A stretch of 63,711 bases of DNA from an uncultured Bacilli bacterium (GCA_944350305.1 CALVOO010000001.1:1-63711); one strand, 5' to 3'; shown: positions 31,798 through 42,572, counted from the stretch's first letter. Notes: generated by a model from the sequence alone, not told the origin. Program-made: numbers and translations.

Positions 31798-32590
31798 TTT
31801 TATCCTCATCATCAATTAAAGAAAGTTCTAAATTACCCTCTTTAGGAACTTCTACAATAAATTTTCTTCTTGGAATATCAACTGATAAAACCTTCCCATC
31901 GCCTTTAATAGTACTGACTATATCTCCAACATTTGGCATATCTTTACGATTATATGTATATAAATCATCCTCATACTTTAAGCAACATAATAACCTTCCA
32001 CATAAGCCATTAATTTTACTTGGATTTAATGATAAATTCTGATTTTTTGCCATATTAATAGTAACTGAATCTAAATCACACAAAAAACTTGAACAACAAA
32101 GTTCTCTACCGCAAAGACCAACTCCAGATATTTCTTTAGCTTTATCTCTTACACCTATTTGTCGTAATTCTATTCTAGTTTTATAAATTGAAGCTAATTC
32201 TTTAGCTAAATCTCTAAAATCAACTCTATTATCTGCCAAAAAATAAAACATAAGTTGGTTTCTATCAAAAGTAAAAGATGCTTCTATGAATTTCATATTA
32301 AGCTTAAGCTTTTCAGCAATTTTTGTCGCATTTTTTAATGCTACACTAGCATCATTTTCATTTTTTTGATTCTTTTTGAAATCTAATTCGTTAGCTTTTC
32401 TAACAACATTTTTAAGATTATTTATCACAATTTTTTCATTAATAGTTTTTTTATTTATAACTTTAGCAAATTGTAAACCTCTTTCAGTTTCAACAATAAT
32501 ATAATCCTTTTCCTTTAATTCAAAATTATTTGAATTAAAATAATAAATTTTACCGTTTTCTTTAAAACTAGCGCCTATTATATCTATCAT
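31781..32590 (-). CDS. yaaT: PSP1-domain protein (YaaT/RicT, stage 0 sporulation)
   Basis: PSP1 C-terminal region with a Cys cluster (GLCGRELCCSSFL...GLCGRLLCCLKYE). Lies downstream of holB. Confidence 0.9.
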   Translation of the reverse strand: MIDIIGASFKENGKIYYFNSNNFELKEKDYIIVETERGLQFAKVINKKTINEKIVINNLKNVVRKANELDFKKNQKNENDASVALKNATKIAEKLKLNMKFIEASFTFDRNQLMFYFLADNRVDFRDLAKELASIYKTRIELRQIGVRDKAKEISGVGLCGRELCCSSFLCDLDSVTINMAKNQNLSLNPSKINGLCGRLLCCLKYEDDLYTYNRKDMPNVGDIVSTIKGDGKVLSVDIPRRKFIVEVPKEGNLELSLIDDEDKNARSN

Positions 32591-33402
32591 TTTGCATCAC
32601 CCAACTCTAATAATAATTTATCAATAAATAATGAATTGTTCAAATTAAAATTTAAATAATTTAAAAATTTATTTATAATAACTATTTTTTTAATTATATC
32701 ATCATTATTCATCATAGAAGAAATTTTTATGAATTTTTCATTTTTTAAACAGTTTGTGCTAATTGATAAATTATTTAATAAACACTGCTCATAAATTTTT
32801 AACATATTATCTAACAATACTCTCATGTATTTTTTATCATTTTTTACTGATACCAATTGATATGCATAAGGAAAAAAACTAGATGCATTTTCTTCTATTA
32901 AACTAATTATGTCTAATGCTTGTTGATACAAATCAACATTTTCTAATTCATTAGTTTCATTGTCTTCAGAAGCTAAAAATAGAATTTGACATCTAGATTT
33001 AATTGTTTTAATTACTGCATCTATATTTGAAGTAATTAAAAACGCAAAAATATTATTTTCGGGCTCTTCTAAAATTTTTAATAAAATATTAGAACTATAA
33101 GAATTTAATAATTCAGTATGATTTATTATATATACTTTTTTGCCACTAATTTGAGAAGTTTTATTTAAAAAAAATTTCAGTTCATAAATCTGATTCTTTT
33201 TAATAATTTCATTTTCTGGTTCTAGAATAAAAATATCTTGATTGTTATTTAGTTCAATTTTAGTACCAAAGATATAATCTGATAATACGTTACTTAATTC
33301 TTCAGAAATATTTTCTAAATTGGTATTAGCAATTAAATAAGCATGTCCAATTTTATCATTTTCACTTTGACTTTTAAACAATTTATCCAATTTATTTTTC
33401 AT
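32587..33402 (-). CDS. holB: DNA polymerase III delta-prime subunit (short form)
   Basis: IGHAYLI, LLKILEEPE, SRCQ. Conserved position. Confidence 0.75.
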   Translation of the reverse strand: MKNKLDKLFKSQSENDKIGHAYLIANTNLENISEELSNVLSDYIFGTKIELNNNQDIFILEPENEIIKKNQIYELKFFLNKTSQISGKKVYIINHTELLNSYSSNILLKILEEPENNIFAFLITSNIDAVIKTIKSRCQILFLASEDNETNELENVDLYQQALDIISLIEENASSFFPYAYQLVSVKNDKKYMRVLLDNMLKIYEQCLLNNLSISTNCLKNEKFIKISSMMNNDDIIKKIVIINKFLNYLNFNLNNSLFIDKLLLELGDAK

Positions 33403-33422
33403 AAATGAAATCTCCTTATTGA

Positions 33423-33617
33423 TTATAAAAAACGTGTTAAAACTATAAGGCTAAAAACTGCCGGAACTCCAAAAATACTAACCAATACTATACTACACAA
33501 ATTAATTGGTATTAATATACCTGCATAACCAATAATTAAATTAAAAGAGTATAACATAAATAAAGCCATAACAATCTTTTTTATTATCAACATAATTTTT
33601 TTCAATGATATCACCAT
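33423..33617 (-). CDS. bofA: pro-sigmaK processing inhibitor BofA
   Basis: ...GILIPINLCSIVLVSIFGVPAVFSLIVL parallels the BofA G..HVPINL...GILGIPG motif. Lies after recR as in Bacillus. The exact start is uncertain. Confidence 0.7.
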   Translation of the reverse strand: MVISLKKIMLIIKKIVMALFMLYSFNLIIGYAGILIPINLCSIVLVSIFGVPAVFSLIVLTRFL

Positions 33618-33642
33618 TAAATTTTATTATAAGTCACAAATA

Positions 33643-34245
33643 TTATGAGATAAATTTTCTGTCATCTATAGCTTTAGTTAAAGTTATAGGATCCAAATAT
33701 TCAATATCAGAACCAATTGGAAGTCCATAAGACAATCTCGATACCTTAACATTTTTGTTTTCTAATAATTTTTGTAAATATAATGACGTTGTTTCACCTT
33801 CTATAGAAGGAGTTAAAGCAATTATAACCTCTTTAACATTTTCGTTTAATCTTTTTGAAATCAAATTGCTAATATTAATATCTTCTGGATTTATACCATC
33901 AATCGGCGAAATTAAACCACCTAGAACATGATATAGTCCTTTATAGGTTCCAGACATTTCAAATTTAAAAACACTTTTAGAATCCTCAACAACACAAATT
34001 GTTGTTAAATCTCTACTTTTATCTGAACAAATACTACAAATATTATTATTAGAAGTATAATGACCACATATATCACATTTTTTTATATTTTTTTTAAATT
34101 TTTTTAAATTTTCCGCAAAAGCTTTTACCTCATCTTCTGTCATTTCATCTACACAATAAACAAAACGTTCTGCAGATTTGTCGCCAACACCAGGAAATAA
34201 CTTAAAATTTTCAATTAAATCATAAAAGTCTTTAGGATACACCAT
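33643..34245 (-). CDS. recR: recombination protein RecR
   Basis: LPGVGDKSAERF HhH, a C4 zinc finger (CDICGH...CSICSD), and a Toprim domain (ICVVEDS...). Confidence 0.97.
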   Translation of the reverse strand: MVYPKDFYDLIENFKLFPGVGDKSAERFVYCVDEMTEDEVKAFAENLKKFKKNIKKCDICGHYTSNNNICSICSDKSRDLTTICVVEDSKSVFKFEMSGTYKGLYHVLGGLISPIDGINPEDINISNLISKRLNENVKEVIIALTPSIEGETTSLYLQKLLENKNVKVSRLSYGLPIGSDIEYLDPITLTKAIDDRKFIS

Positions 34246-34247
34246 TT

Positions 34248-34541
34248 TTAAAACAATCCTCTCATACCACCCGTGTATCTTCCTAACTTTTCGGTCTTAG
34301 TTGTATTTAATTTTTTTAAACCGTCATTTATAGCCAACATTATCATATCTTCTAATATATCCTTGTCTTTTAAAACATCAGCATCTATTATATCAACTTT
34401 AATAATTTCGTTTTTACCAGATATTAATACTTTAACTGCACCACTTTCTCCTTCAAAGACAGAAGATTCAATATCTTTATTAATCCTTTCTAATTCTTTT
34501 TGCATCTTTTGCGCTTCTGCCATTAAATTTTGCATATTCAT
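34248..34541 (-). CDS. ybaB: nucleoid-associated protein YbaB/EbfC
   Basis: MNMQNLMAEAQKMQKELE...GAVKV..SG...I..V.I. Start chosen at ATG 34541 after AAGGGA; the track start is a TTG overlapping the dnaX stop. Confidence 0.9.
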   Translation of the reverse strand: MNMQNLMAEAQKMQKELERINKDIESSVFEGESGAVKVLISGKNEIIKVDIIDADVLKDKDILEDMIMLAINDGLKKLNTTKTEKLGRYTGGMRGLF

Positions 34542-34555
34542 TTTAATCATCCCTT

Positions 34556-36208
34556 TCAATTTACAATTTCTATATCTTCACCAAAAATATCACTTGTTGT
34601 GTGCTCAAATTTTGATATCTTTTTATTACCTATAAATTCTGATTCAGAACAAACTTTATATATAATATTGTTTTTTTTATTTAATATAAATTCGTTTTTT
34701 ATTTTTATCCATTCATTTGAATCAACACACATAACTTTATATTCATTGTTGTAAAGTTCTTTTAAAAACTTTTCTATTTTTTCTAAATTAGTTAGAAAAA
34801 GTCGAATTAAAGATTTATCCTCAAAAACAAATAATAAATACTGTGAAGAAGCAACAATTACTTTGCCATCTAATAACAAAGTAGCAACATTATTATAAAC
34901 CTTATTTGAAATAAAATCATTAATTCTTTCATAACTAGAATTAATTTTTTTTAATTCCTCCTTATTTGCAGTTGCTAAAACATTATTAATTCTAATTTTT
35001 TTCAACGAATCAATATTAATGCTATTTTCATCATTATAATCAACTTTTTTAGTTTTGTCACTAGATTCATCTTTAATTTTTTTATCATTTGAAACTTCAA
35101 GATTATCGTTTTTTATTTTATCATAATTATCATTACTCTTATTAACTACTACATCACACATATATATATAAAATATTTCAAATAAATTTTTTTGATTAAC
35201 TGATTTATTCATCTGATTTTTCAATTCAATTAATAATTTTGTTAATTCTTTTACATTTTCTAAAGTAAAATTAAAAGAATTATACTTTTCTTGATCATCT
35301 TTAGAAAAATAATTATTCACATTTTTAGAAATAGAAATATTACGTAGTAAAACTAACAGTTGGTCAACAATGATACTCAAATTTTTACCCGTTTCAACAA
35401 AAGAATTAATATAATTTAATCCAGAAATCATATCATTATTAGACATAGTATTCAGAAATTCCATAATATCTTCCTCTGGCAAAATACCCTGTATATCATA
35501 AATTTCTTTTTCATTAATATTATCAACTGATAATGATAAAACCTGATCAAGCAAGTTAATGGCATCTCTACATCCACCATCTGATAGTTTTACGATCAAT
35601 GAAATAACATTATCTGATATATTTCTATTTTCTAGCTTAGATATTTTTTTTAAACTATCAAACATTTCTTCGCTATTGATTTTTTTAAACTCAAAGTGCT
35701 GACATCTAGATAAAATTGTTAACGGAATTTTTTGAATTTCGGTTGTACATAAAATAAAAATTACATGAGACGGCGGTTCTTCTAAAGTTTTTAATAAAGC
35801 ATTAAAAGCTCCTGTTGATAACATATGAACTTCATCAATTATATAAACCTTATATTTTGCGACTGATGGTAATAATTTTACTTTTGATCTTATTTCACGT
35901 ATTTCTTCTACGCCATTGTTACTGGCAGCATCAATTTCTATAATATCAATATCATTTTTTTGTATTTTTTTGCATAACTCACACATGCCACAAGCATTGC
36001 CGTTTTTATTATCTAAGCAGTTAACTGCTTTAGCGAAAATTTTTGCAACACTTGTCTTTCCTGTGCCTCGGGGGCCATTAAATAAGTAAGCATGTGAAAT
36101 TTTATTATTTATAATACTATTTTTTAATATTTCAATAGTAACTTTTTGACCAATGACACTGTCAAAATTATCCGGTCTATACTTACGGTATAACGCAACA
36201 TAAGACAT
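34556..36208 (-). CDS. dnaX: DNA polymerase III gamma/tau subunit
   Basis: YRKYRP..F..V.GQ, GPRGTGKTS, a zinc module (C..C..C), IIDEVHML, SRCQ. Start trimmed to ATG 36208 after GGAG. Confidence 0.95.
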   Translation of the reverse strand: MSYVALYRKYRPDNFDSVIGQKVTIEILKNSIINNKISHAYLFNGPRGTGKTSVAKIFAKAVNCLDNKNGNACGMCELCKKIQKNDIDIIEIDAASNNGVEEIREIRSKVKLLPSVAKYKVYIIDEVHMLSTGAFNALLKTLEEPPSHVIFILCTTEIQKIPLTILSRCQHFEFKKINSEEMFDSLKKISKLENRNISDNVISLIVKLSDGGCRDAINLLDQVLSLSVDNINEKEIYDIQGILPEEDIMEFLNTMSNNDMISGLNYINSFVETGKNLSIIVDQLLVLLRNISISKNVNNYFSKDDQEKYNSFNFTLENVKELTKLLIELKNQMNKSVNQKNLFEIFYIYMCDVVVNKSNDNYDKIKNDNLEVSNDKKIKDESSDKTKKVDYNDENSINIDSLKKIRINNVLATANKEELKKINSSYERINDFISNKVYNNVATLLLDGKVIVASSQYLLFVFEDKSLIRLFLTNLEKIEKFLKELYNNEYKVMCVDSNEWIKIKNEFILNKKNNIIYKVCSESEFIGNKKISKFEHTTSDIFGEDIEIVN

Positions 36209-36239
36209 AAAATCAACTCCGATTAAATTATACCACATT

Positions 36240-36641
36240 TTATCTTTTGGTTTTAAAAAAATTTTGAATTTGTTTTTTTAATAAATGACTTTTTTCATTT
36301 GTAATAAATGTATATTTAGTTTTATTTAATTTAACCTTTGGATTTTTTAAAAAATAATAAACATTTTTTATTTTTGCTTCTTCAATTATATTTTTGCACA
36401 TTTTACAAGGTTCAACTGTAACATATAAATCACAATCAACCAAATGCCATGTTTTTAATTTTTTTGTTGCTTTTTTAATAGCAATAATTTCTGCATGTCC
36501 TAAAACATCGTTTCTATTATGTCTTTTGTTAAAAGCTGTAGAAATAATTTTATTTTTACTCACTATAATAGCCGCTATTGGAACTTCGTTTTTTTTATAT
36601 GCTTTTTTAGTTAATTCAAATAATATATTAAAATAATCCAT
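36240..36641 (-). CDS. tadA: tRNA-specific adenosine deaminase
   Basis: HAEIIAI and PCKMCKNII CDA zinc motifs. Start trimmed to ATG 36641 after GGAG because the longer ORF would run through the SRP RNA gene. Confidence 0.9.
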   Translation of the reverse strand: MDYFNILFELTKKAYKKNEVPIAAIIVSKNKIISTAFNKRHNRNDVLGHAEIIAIKKATKKLKTWHLVDCDLYVTVEPCKMCKNIIEEAKIKNVYYFLKNPKVKLNKTKYTFITNEKSHLLKKQIQNFFKTKR

Positions 36642-36651
36642 TTTTACTCCT

Positions 36652-36729
36652 AAAAAAAGTGCACACACATAGTTTATGTTAAGGCTGCTATTTTCCAATC
36701 CTGACCTATTTCCATACTATGTGTTGCAC
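36652..36729 (-). ncRNA. ffs: signal recognition particle RNA, small (4.5S-like) type
   Basis: The minus strand reads GUGCAACACAUAGU AUGGAAAU AGGUCAGGAUUGGAAAAUAGCAGCC UUAACAUAA ACUAUGUGUGUGCAC UUUUUUU. It has a 14-bp closing stem with one bulge, and a domain IV core that matches the universal AGGUCAGG-stem-GGAA tetraloop-stem-AGCAGCC. Confidence 0.85.
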
Positions 36730-36735
36730 GTTTAT

Positions 36736-36764
36736 ATTATAATATAAATATTAATAATGTCCAA
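36736..36764 (-). promoter_or_regulatory. SRP RNA promoter
   Basis: Minus strand has TTGGAC (36764-36759), a 17-nt spacer and TATAAT (36741-36736). A G at 36729, 7 nt downstream, coincides with the first base of the SRP stem. Confidence 0.65.
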
Positions 36765-36782
36765 TGTTCCACGTGGAACATT
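36763..36782. other. parS site 1 (core TGTTCCACGTGGAACA, 36765-36780)
   Basis: 20-bp perfect palindrome AATGTTCCACGTGGAACATT, the symmetric version of the Firmicute parS consensus TGTTNCACGTGAAACA. It abuts the -35 of the SRP RNA promoter. Confidence 0.8.
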
Positions 36783-36805
36783 ATTAATATTATAAAAATT
36801 TTAAA

Positions 36806-36833
36806 TCAAAATGTTCCACGTGGAACATTTTGA
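36806..36833. other. parS site 2 (core 36812-36827)
   Basis: 28-bp perfect palindrome TCAAAATGTTCCACGTGGAACATTTTGA. Confidence 0.8.
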
Positions 36834-36985
36834 TCAGAATATAAATAAGTTTTTATATAGATATTCTTATAAGTAAATTTAATAATTTTCGAATGTTTAT
36901 TATATTTTCTATAAAATTAGTGTTTTAGTTTTGAATTAAATAAAGTATTTTTACAAGCTTATTGTATAATAAATTATCTTAAAAT

Positions 36986-37028
36986 AATAAGACTGTTAAC
37001 AATGTATATTTTGTTAACAGTCTTATTA
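36986..37028 (-). terminator. gyrA rho-independent terminator
   Basis: Stem of about 17 bp (AATAAGACTGTTAACAA / TTGTTAACAGTCTTATT) with an 8-nt loop, followed on the minus strand by TTATTTTAA. Confidence 0.7.
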
Positions 37029-37051
37029 AAATGTTCCACGTGGAACATTTT
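37028..37051. other. parS site 3 (core 37032-37047)
   Basis: 24-bp perfect palindrome AAAATGTTCCACGTGGAACATTTT overlapping the gyrA stop codon by 2 nt. Confidence 0.8.
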
Positions 37052-39473
37052 AACTTTCTTCTTTAGCTATAAGAGATATCGAAGTAACTAAATTATTATC
37101 CTTTAAATTAATTAATTTTACACCCTGAGTTACTCTACCCATCAAAGAAACATTATTAACATCAAGTCTTATAATAACACCATTTTTCGTTATTATCATT
37201 AAATCACAATCATTATTAATAGTTTTAAAACCGACTATATTACCGTTTTTTTCTGTTATTTTTAAAGTTTTTACTCCTTTACTACCTCTTTTAGTTTCAC
37301 GATAATCTTGAACAATTGTTTTTTTACCATAACCTTTTTCAGTAACCACCAACGCTTGCATTAAATCTGTTGCTACTTCTAAGCCTACACAATTATCATT
37401 AACTAAATTAATACCTCTAACACCTGCTGCACTACGGCCCATAATTCTTAACTCGCTCTCGCTAAATTTAACCATTCTTCCTTTTGATGAACACATAAGA
37501 ATTTTATCATTTTCTTGTGATTTTCTAACAGCTATTAATTCATCATTTTCTTTTAAATTTATTGCTAACTTTCCGTTTTTTCTTATATTATCAAAATCTT
37601 TAATACTTGTCTTTTTAACTATTCCATTTTTTGTTGCAAAAATTAAATGTTGATAAATTGTATCTCTTTCTAATACAAAAATTGTGTTAATAACTTCGTT
37701 TTTATCTATAGGTAATAAATTAACAATCGGAAGACCTTTAGAAGTTCGACTAAATTCTGGAATTTCATAACCTTTTAGCCTGTAAACTTTACCCTTATTA
37801 GAAAAAAACAATATATAATCATGGGTATTTAAATTAATTATTTGTTCTACAAAATCTTCATCATTAGTTGTCATACCTTTTATACCAACCCCACCACGAT
37901 TTTGTGTCTTATAAATATCACTATTAACCCTTTTAATATAATTTTTATTTGTAATAGTCAAAACAATATTTTCTTCTGGAATTAGTGATTCATCTTCTAT
38001 ATATTCAATAGCACTCATATCGATTTTCGTTCTTCTCTCATCCGAATATTTGTTCTTTATTTCAGTTAATTCATCTTTTATAATATTTTCAACTAACTTT
38101 TCACTAGATAAAATAGCTCTTAAGCGCTCTATTTCTTTTAATAATTCAGCTAATTCATTTTCTATTTTATCACGTTCTAGTCCAGTTAATCGGCGAAGCT
38201 TCATTTCTAATATACTATCAGCCTGAATTTCGCTAAGTTCAAAACGAGTCATCAATTTATCTTTTGCAATTTGATCACTTTTTGATTCTTTTATAATTTT
38301 AATTACTTCATCAATATTATCTAAAGCAATCTTTAATCCTTCTAAAATATGAACTCTTTTTTCACTTTTTTCCAAATCAAACCTAGTTCTTCTAATAATT
38401 ATTTCTTTTTGATAATCAACATATTTAGAAATAATATCTTTAAGTCCTAACGTTTTTGGCACACCATTATCTAACATTAAGAAAATAATACCAAAATTTG
38501 ATTGAAACGCAGTATGCTTATATAAATTATTTAAAACAACTTGAGGATTTGCATCTTTTTTAAGCGTTATCGTTATTTTAACGCCATTCTTTAAATCAGT
38601 ATGATAATCAGATATACCTTCAATAGTTTTATTATGTACTAATTCAGCAACTTTATTTTTTAACTCTAAAGTATTAACTCCATAAGGCACTTCATCAATA
38701 ACGATAAAATGTTTGCCATTCTTTTCTTCAATTGTAGCTTTGCTTCTCAAAGTAATTGAACCTCTACCAGTTTCATAAGCTTGCTTTATTCCACTATTTC
38801 CCAGGATAATTGCACCTGTTGGAAAATCTGGCCCCTTAATATATTGCATTAAACCTAAAACATCAATTTCAGGATTATTAATATATGCAATACATCCATC
38901 AATAACTTCTCCTAAGTTATGCGGTGGAATATTTGTTGCCATCCCAACTGCTATACCCATGGTACCATTTACTAAAATATTAGGAAATCTTGATGGCAAA
39001 ATTTTAGGCTCTTTTTCAGATTCATCAAAATTTGGTTCAAAATCAACAGTATTTTTACCAATATCTCTCAATAACTCAAGCGATATTTTAGATAATCTTG
39101 ATTCAGTATATCGCATTGCCGCTGCGCCATAACCTTCAATATTACCAAAATTACCATGTCCATCAACCAACATATATCTATAATTAAAATCTTGTGCCAT
39201 TCTAACCATTGCTTCATATATTGAAGAATCGCCGTGAGGATGATATTTACCCATAACATCTCCAACAATTCTAGCTGATTTTTTATGCGGTTTATCTGGC
39301 GTATAATTTGACTCATACATGGAATATAAAATTCTTCTATGTACAGGTTTTAAACCATCTCTTAAATCAGGTAATGCGCGGGATACTATAACACTCATAG
39401 AATACTCTAAAAATGATGTTTCAATTTCATTTACAATATTATTTTCTTCTAATCTATCTCTACTATGATCCAT
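37050..39473 (-). CDS. gyrA: DNA gyrase subunit A
   Basis: [21 protein letters not shown], the active-site region AAMRYTE, and C-terminal beta-pinwheel repeats. Confidence 0.98.
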   Translation of the reverse strand: MDHSRDRLEENNIVNEIETSFLEYSMSVIVSRALPDLRDGLKPVHRRILYSMYESNYTPDKPHKKSARIVGDVMGKYHPHGDSSIYEAMVRMAQDFNYRYMLVDGHGNFGNIEGYGAAAMRYTESRLSKISLELLRDIGKNTVDFEPNFDESEKEPKILPSRFPNILVNGTMGIAVGMATNIPPHNLGEVIDGCIAYINNPEIDVLGLMQYIKGPDFPTGAIILGNSGIKQAYETGRGSITLRSKATIEEKNGKHFIVIDEVPYGVNTLELKNKVAELVHNKTIEGISDYHTDLKNGVKITITLKKDANPQVVLNNLYKHTAFQSNFGIIFLMLDNGVPKTLGLKDIISKYVDYQKEIIIRRTRFDLEKSEKRVHILEGLKIALDNIDEVIKIIKESKSDQIAKDKLMTRFELSEIQADSILEMKLRRLTGLERDKIENELAELLKEIERLRAILSSEKLVENIIKDELTEIKNKYSDERRTKIDMSAIEYIEDESLIPEENIVLTITNKNYIKRVNSDIYKTQNRGGVGIKGMTTNDEDFVEQIINLNTHDYILFFSNKGKVYRLKGYEIPEFSRTSKGLPIVNLLPIDKNEVINTIFVLERDTIYQHLIFATKNGIVKKTSIKDFDNIRKNGKLAINLKENDELIAVRKSQENDKILMCSSKGRMVKFSESELRIMGRSAAGVRGINLVNDNCVGLEVATDLMQALVVTEKGYGKKTIVQDYRETKRGSKGVKTLKITEKNGNIVGFKTINNDCDLMIITKNGVIIRLDVNNVSLMGRVTQGVKLINLKDNNLVTSISLIAKEES

Positions 39474-39483
39474 TTTAAACCTC

Positions 39484-41394
39484 CTAAATATCTAGATTTT
39501 GAGCATAAATAGCATTTTCTTCAATAAATTTTTTTCTAGGTTCAACTTCCTCACCCATTAATTTATTAAAAGACGCATCTGCAGCAATTACATCATCAAC
39601 TGTAATTTTTCTCAAAATTCTTTTATCTATATCCATTGTAGTTTCATTTAATTCCTCTGCGTCCATTTCTCCCAAACCTTTCATACGCATAATGTCATAT
39701 TTTGTATTAGAATTTAAGGACGCTAAATACTCATCTCTCTCATCATCGTTTAATACATATTTTATAGTTTTACCATGCTTAATACAATATAAAGGCGGTT
39801 GAGCAGCATAAACATGTCCTTGTTCAACAATAGGTCTAAAAAATCTATAAAATAATGTCAATAAAAGTACTCTAATATGTGAACCATCTACATCCGCATC
39901 GGTCATAATAATAATCTTATTATATCTTAACTTATTGATATCAAAGTCATCCCCAATACCAGTGCCAAATGCCGTAATTATTGTTCTTATTTCCTCATTA
40001 CTCAATGCTCTATCAATTCTAGCTTTTTCAACATTCAAAATTTTTCCTCTTAAAGGAAGAATAGCTTGAGTCATACTATTTCTACCTTTAATTGCAGAAC
40101 CACCGGCACTATCACCCTCGACTAAAAATATTTCGCATATAGAAGGATCTTTTTCTTTGCAATCTACCAACTTGCCACCAAAATTAACAACATCCAAATC
40201 ACTTTTTCTTCTAGTTAATTCTCTTGCCTTTTTTGCAGCTAACCTAGCTCTACTAGCCAGCATTGCTTTTTCTATAATAATTTTTGCCTCATTTGGATTT
40301 TCCAATAAAAATTTTTCAAGCCCATTACCAAAAATATTAGACGCAATTTTTTTAACTTCAACATTACCTAATTTAGTTTTTGTTTGACCTTCAAATTGTG
40401 GATCTGGATGTTTACAAGATATAATCATAGTCAGTCCTTCTTTGACATCATCAATAGACAAGCTATCATCTTTATCCTTCAAAATATTATTCTTTTTAGC
40501 ATAATTATTTATTACTCTTGATAATGCCATTTTAACACCATCTTCATGCGTTCCACCTTCAAAAGTATTTATATTATTTGTAAATGAGTATATATTTGAA
40601 GAATAACTTTCGTTATATTGCATTGCTACTTCAATCTCAATATCATCTTCACTACCTTCTACATAAATTATAGATTCATGAATTGGTTTTTTATTATCAT
40701 TTAGCATTTTTACATACTCAATAATTCCACCATTGTACAAAAACTCTTCACTTTTATCGTGTCTCAAATCAACAAGCTTTATTCTCAATCCCTTATTTAA
40801 AAATGCTAATTCTCTGGCACGATTTTTCAAAACATCATAGTCAAAAATAGTCGTTTCTTTAAAAATTTCAGGATCAGGTTTAAAAGTTACAACAGTTCCA
40901 GTTCTATTTTTATCACAAGTATCAACAATTTCTAGAGAATTTACTGAATGACCACCATTTTCAAATCTTTCAAAATAAACTTTTTCATTTTGATAAATTC
41001 TTACTTCTAACCAACTACTTAAAGCATTAACAACACTAGCACCTACACCATGAAGGCCACCACTTACTTTATATCCTCCACCGCCAAATTTTCCTCCAGC
41101 ATGAAGGACTGTAAAAATAGTTTCAACAGTAGATATCCCAGTTTTCGGATGTATTCCAGTAGGAATTCCCCTACCATCATCTTTAACAGTTACAGATTCA
41201 TCAGTGTTAATAACTATCTCAATATCATCACAATATCCAGCTAAAGCCTCATCAACTGCATTATCCACAATTTCCCATACTAAATGATGTAATCCCCTTT
41301 CACCTGTTGTACCAATATACATTCCAGGTCTTTTTCTTACTGCTTCCAATCCCTCTAAAACCTGTATTGAATCCACACCATAATTATTATTCAT
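39484..41394 (-). CDS. gyrB: DNA gyrase subunit B
   Basis: [57 protein letters not shown]. Confidence 0.98.
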   Translation of the reverse strand: MNNNYGVDSIQVLEGLEAVRKRPGMYIGTTGERGLHHLVWEIVDNAVDEALAGYCDDIEIVINTDESVTVKDDGRGIPTGIHPKTGISTVETIFTVLHAGGKFGGGGYKVSGGLHGVGASVVNALSSWLEVRIYQNEKVYFERFENGGHSVNSLEIVDTCDKNRTGTVVTFKPDPEIFKETTIFDYDVLKNRARELAFLNKGLRIKLVDLRHDKSEEFLYNGGIIEYVKMLNDNKKPIHESIIYVEGSEDDIEIEVAMQYNESYSSNIYSFTNNINTFEGGTHEDGVKMALSRVINNYAKKNNILKDKDDSLSIDDVKEGLTMIISCKHPDPQFEGQTKTKLGNVEVKKIASNIFGNGLEKFLLENPNEAKIIIEKAMLASRARLAAKKARELTRRKSDLDVVNFGGKLVDCKEKDPSICEIFLVEGDSAGGSAIKGRNSMTQAILPLRGKILNVEKARIDRALSNEEIRTIITAFGTGIGDDFDINKLRYNKIIIMTDADVDGSHIRVLLLTLFYRFFRPIVEQGHVYAAQPPLYCIKHGKTIKYVLNDDERDEYLASLNSNTKYDIMRMKGLGEMDAEELNETTMDIDKRILRKITVDDVIAADASFNKLMGEEVEPRKKFIEENAIYAQNLDI

Positions 41395-42476
41395 AATTCC
41401 ACCATCCTATCTAAATCAATAATCTTTGCATTTTTCAAAACATCTTTTCTTATATTATTTATATCAGTTGTAGTAATAAAAATTTGTATATTTTTATTCA
41501 AATACTTTAAAATCATATTTTGATTAACTCCATCTAATTCACTAAATAAATCATCCAATAATAAAATTGGTTGCTCAAAATATTCTTTCATTAATACTTC
41601 TAATTCAGCAAGTTTAAAAACTAGCATTACCATTTTTTGATTCCCTTGTGAACAAAAATCTTTAACATTTCTACTTTTTATAAAAAACTCAAAATCATCT
41701 CTATGAACTCCTGTTTTTGTAACTCCATATTGAATTTCTTTTTTTCTGTTTTTTTTAAGCAAACCGTAAAATTCTTCTTCACTTAATTCAGAACATTGAG
41801 TTATGTAGTTAAGAAATAATCCATCACTAAAATTCATTTTTTTAGATATTTTCTTTAAATAATGATTTACATTTTCAACATAAAATTTTCTAATTTTAAA
41901 AATTTCATAACCAAGTTCAGATATCTTCTTATCTAAAATATCTAAATATGACTCATCTATGTAAGAGTTTAAATATAATTTTTTATAATAATCATTCTTA
42001 TTTTTTATCAAAATGTTGTAGTCATTTAATAATTTTACATAAGTTTTATTTAACTGAGATAAACTAATATTAATATAATTTCTTCGATTACTTGGAGAAT
42101 CTTTTATAAATTTAATTTCATCCGGGGCATATAAAATAACTTTATATTGACTTATAAAATCACTAATCTTTTTTTTTAACTTTCCATTAATTTTTGTTTT
42201 TTTTCCATATTTAGTTAAAAAATATTCTAATTTAATATTTTTAATATCATTTGAAATATTACATTTAATTTTAAGATAATCATTATTAACGTTAATAAGA
42301 TTAACCTCTAAATTAGTTTTAAAGCTTCTAGCTAAACATAATACATATATTGCTTCCAAAATTGAAGTTTTTCCAACACCATTATTACCAATAATAATAT
42401 TTGTATTTTTCAAATCAGATAATTTAAATTTTTCATAATTTCTAAAATTTGTTAATTCTAAGTTAGTGATATTCAT
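41391..42476 (-). CDS. recF: DNA replication and repair protein RecF
   Basis: L.L.NFRNYE..., Walker [15 protein letters not shown], and [11 protein letters not shown]. Overlaps the gyrB start by 4 nt. Confidence 0.9.
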   Translation of the reverse strand: MNITNLELTNFRNYEKFKLSDLKNTNIIIGNNGVGKTSILEAIYVLCLARSFKTNLEVNLINVNNDYLKIKCNISNDIKNIKLEYFLTKYGKKTKINGKLKKKISDFISQYKVILYAPDEIKFIKDSPSNRRNYINISLSQLNKTYVKLLNDYNILIKNKNDYYKKLYLNSYIDESYLDILDKKISELGYEIFKIRKFYVENVNHYLKKISKKMNFSDGLFLNYITQCSELSEEEFYGLLKKNRKKEIQYGVTKTGVHRDDFEFFIKSRNVKDFCSQGNQKMVMLVFKLAELEVLMKEYFEQPILLLDDLFSELDGVNQNMILKYLNKNIQIFITTTDINNIRKDVLKNAKIIDLDRMVEL

Positions 42477-42508
42477 TTTAAAACCTCTTTTGCCCCTTAT
42501 AAATCAAA

Positions 42509-42540
42509 TAATAGGTATATGAGTACACCTATACCTATTA
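42509..42540 (-). terminator. hairpin after comK (11-bp perfect stem TAATAGGTATA / TATACCTATTA)
   Basis: Followed on the minus strand by TTTGATTTAT. An extended -10 (TGATATAAT, 42552-42544) overlaps its upstream flank. Confidence 0.5.
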
Positions 42541-42572
42541 CTAATTATATCACAAATATGTCTTAATTTCCA

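Noticed and set aside
36227-36235. TGGTATAAT extended -10 between tadA and dnaX
   Set aside because: A start 7 nt downstream would fall inside the dnaX RBS and leave almost no leader. This is plausibly a chance match in AT-rich DNA.
36642-36698. N-terminal extension of tadA (MENSSLNINYVCALFLGVK...)
   Set aside because: It would be translated through the SRP RNA gene and its U-run. A GGAG RBS precedes the internal ATG at 36641, and homology starts there.
36986-37028. TTGTTAAC-containing inverted repeat considered as a Rex-type operator or DnaA-box pair
   Set aside because: The arm spacing (GTTAACAA-N8-TTGTTAAC inside a 17-bp stem) does not fit the Rex box TTGTTAA-N4-TTAACAA. The T-tract following it on the gyrA strand makes an ordinary terminator the simpler reading.
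39068-39316. 82-aa same-strand alternative-frame ORF inside gyrA
   Set aside because: It is embedded in the most conserved part of gyrA, has no RBS, and its composition is typical of a frame-shifted read.
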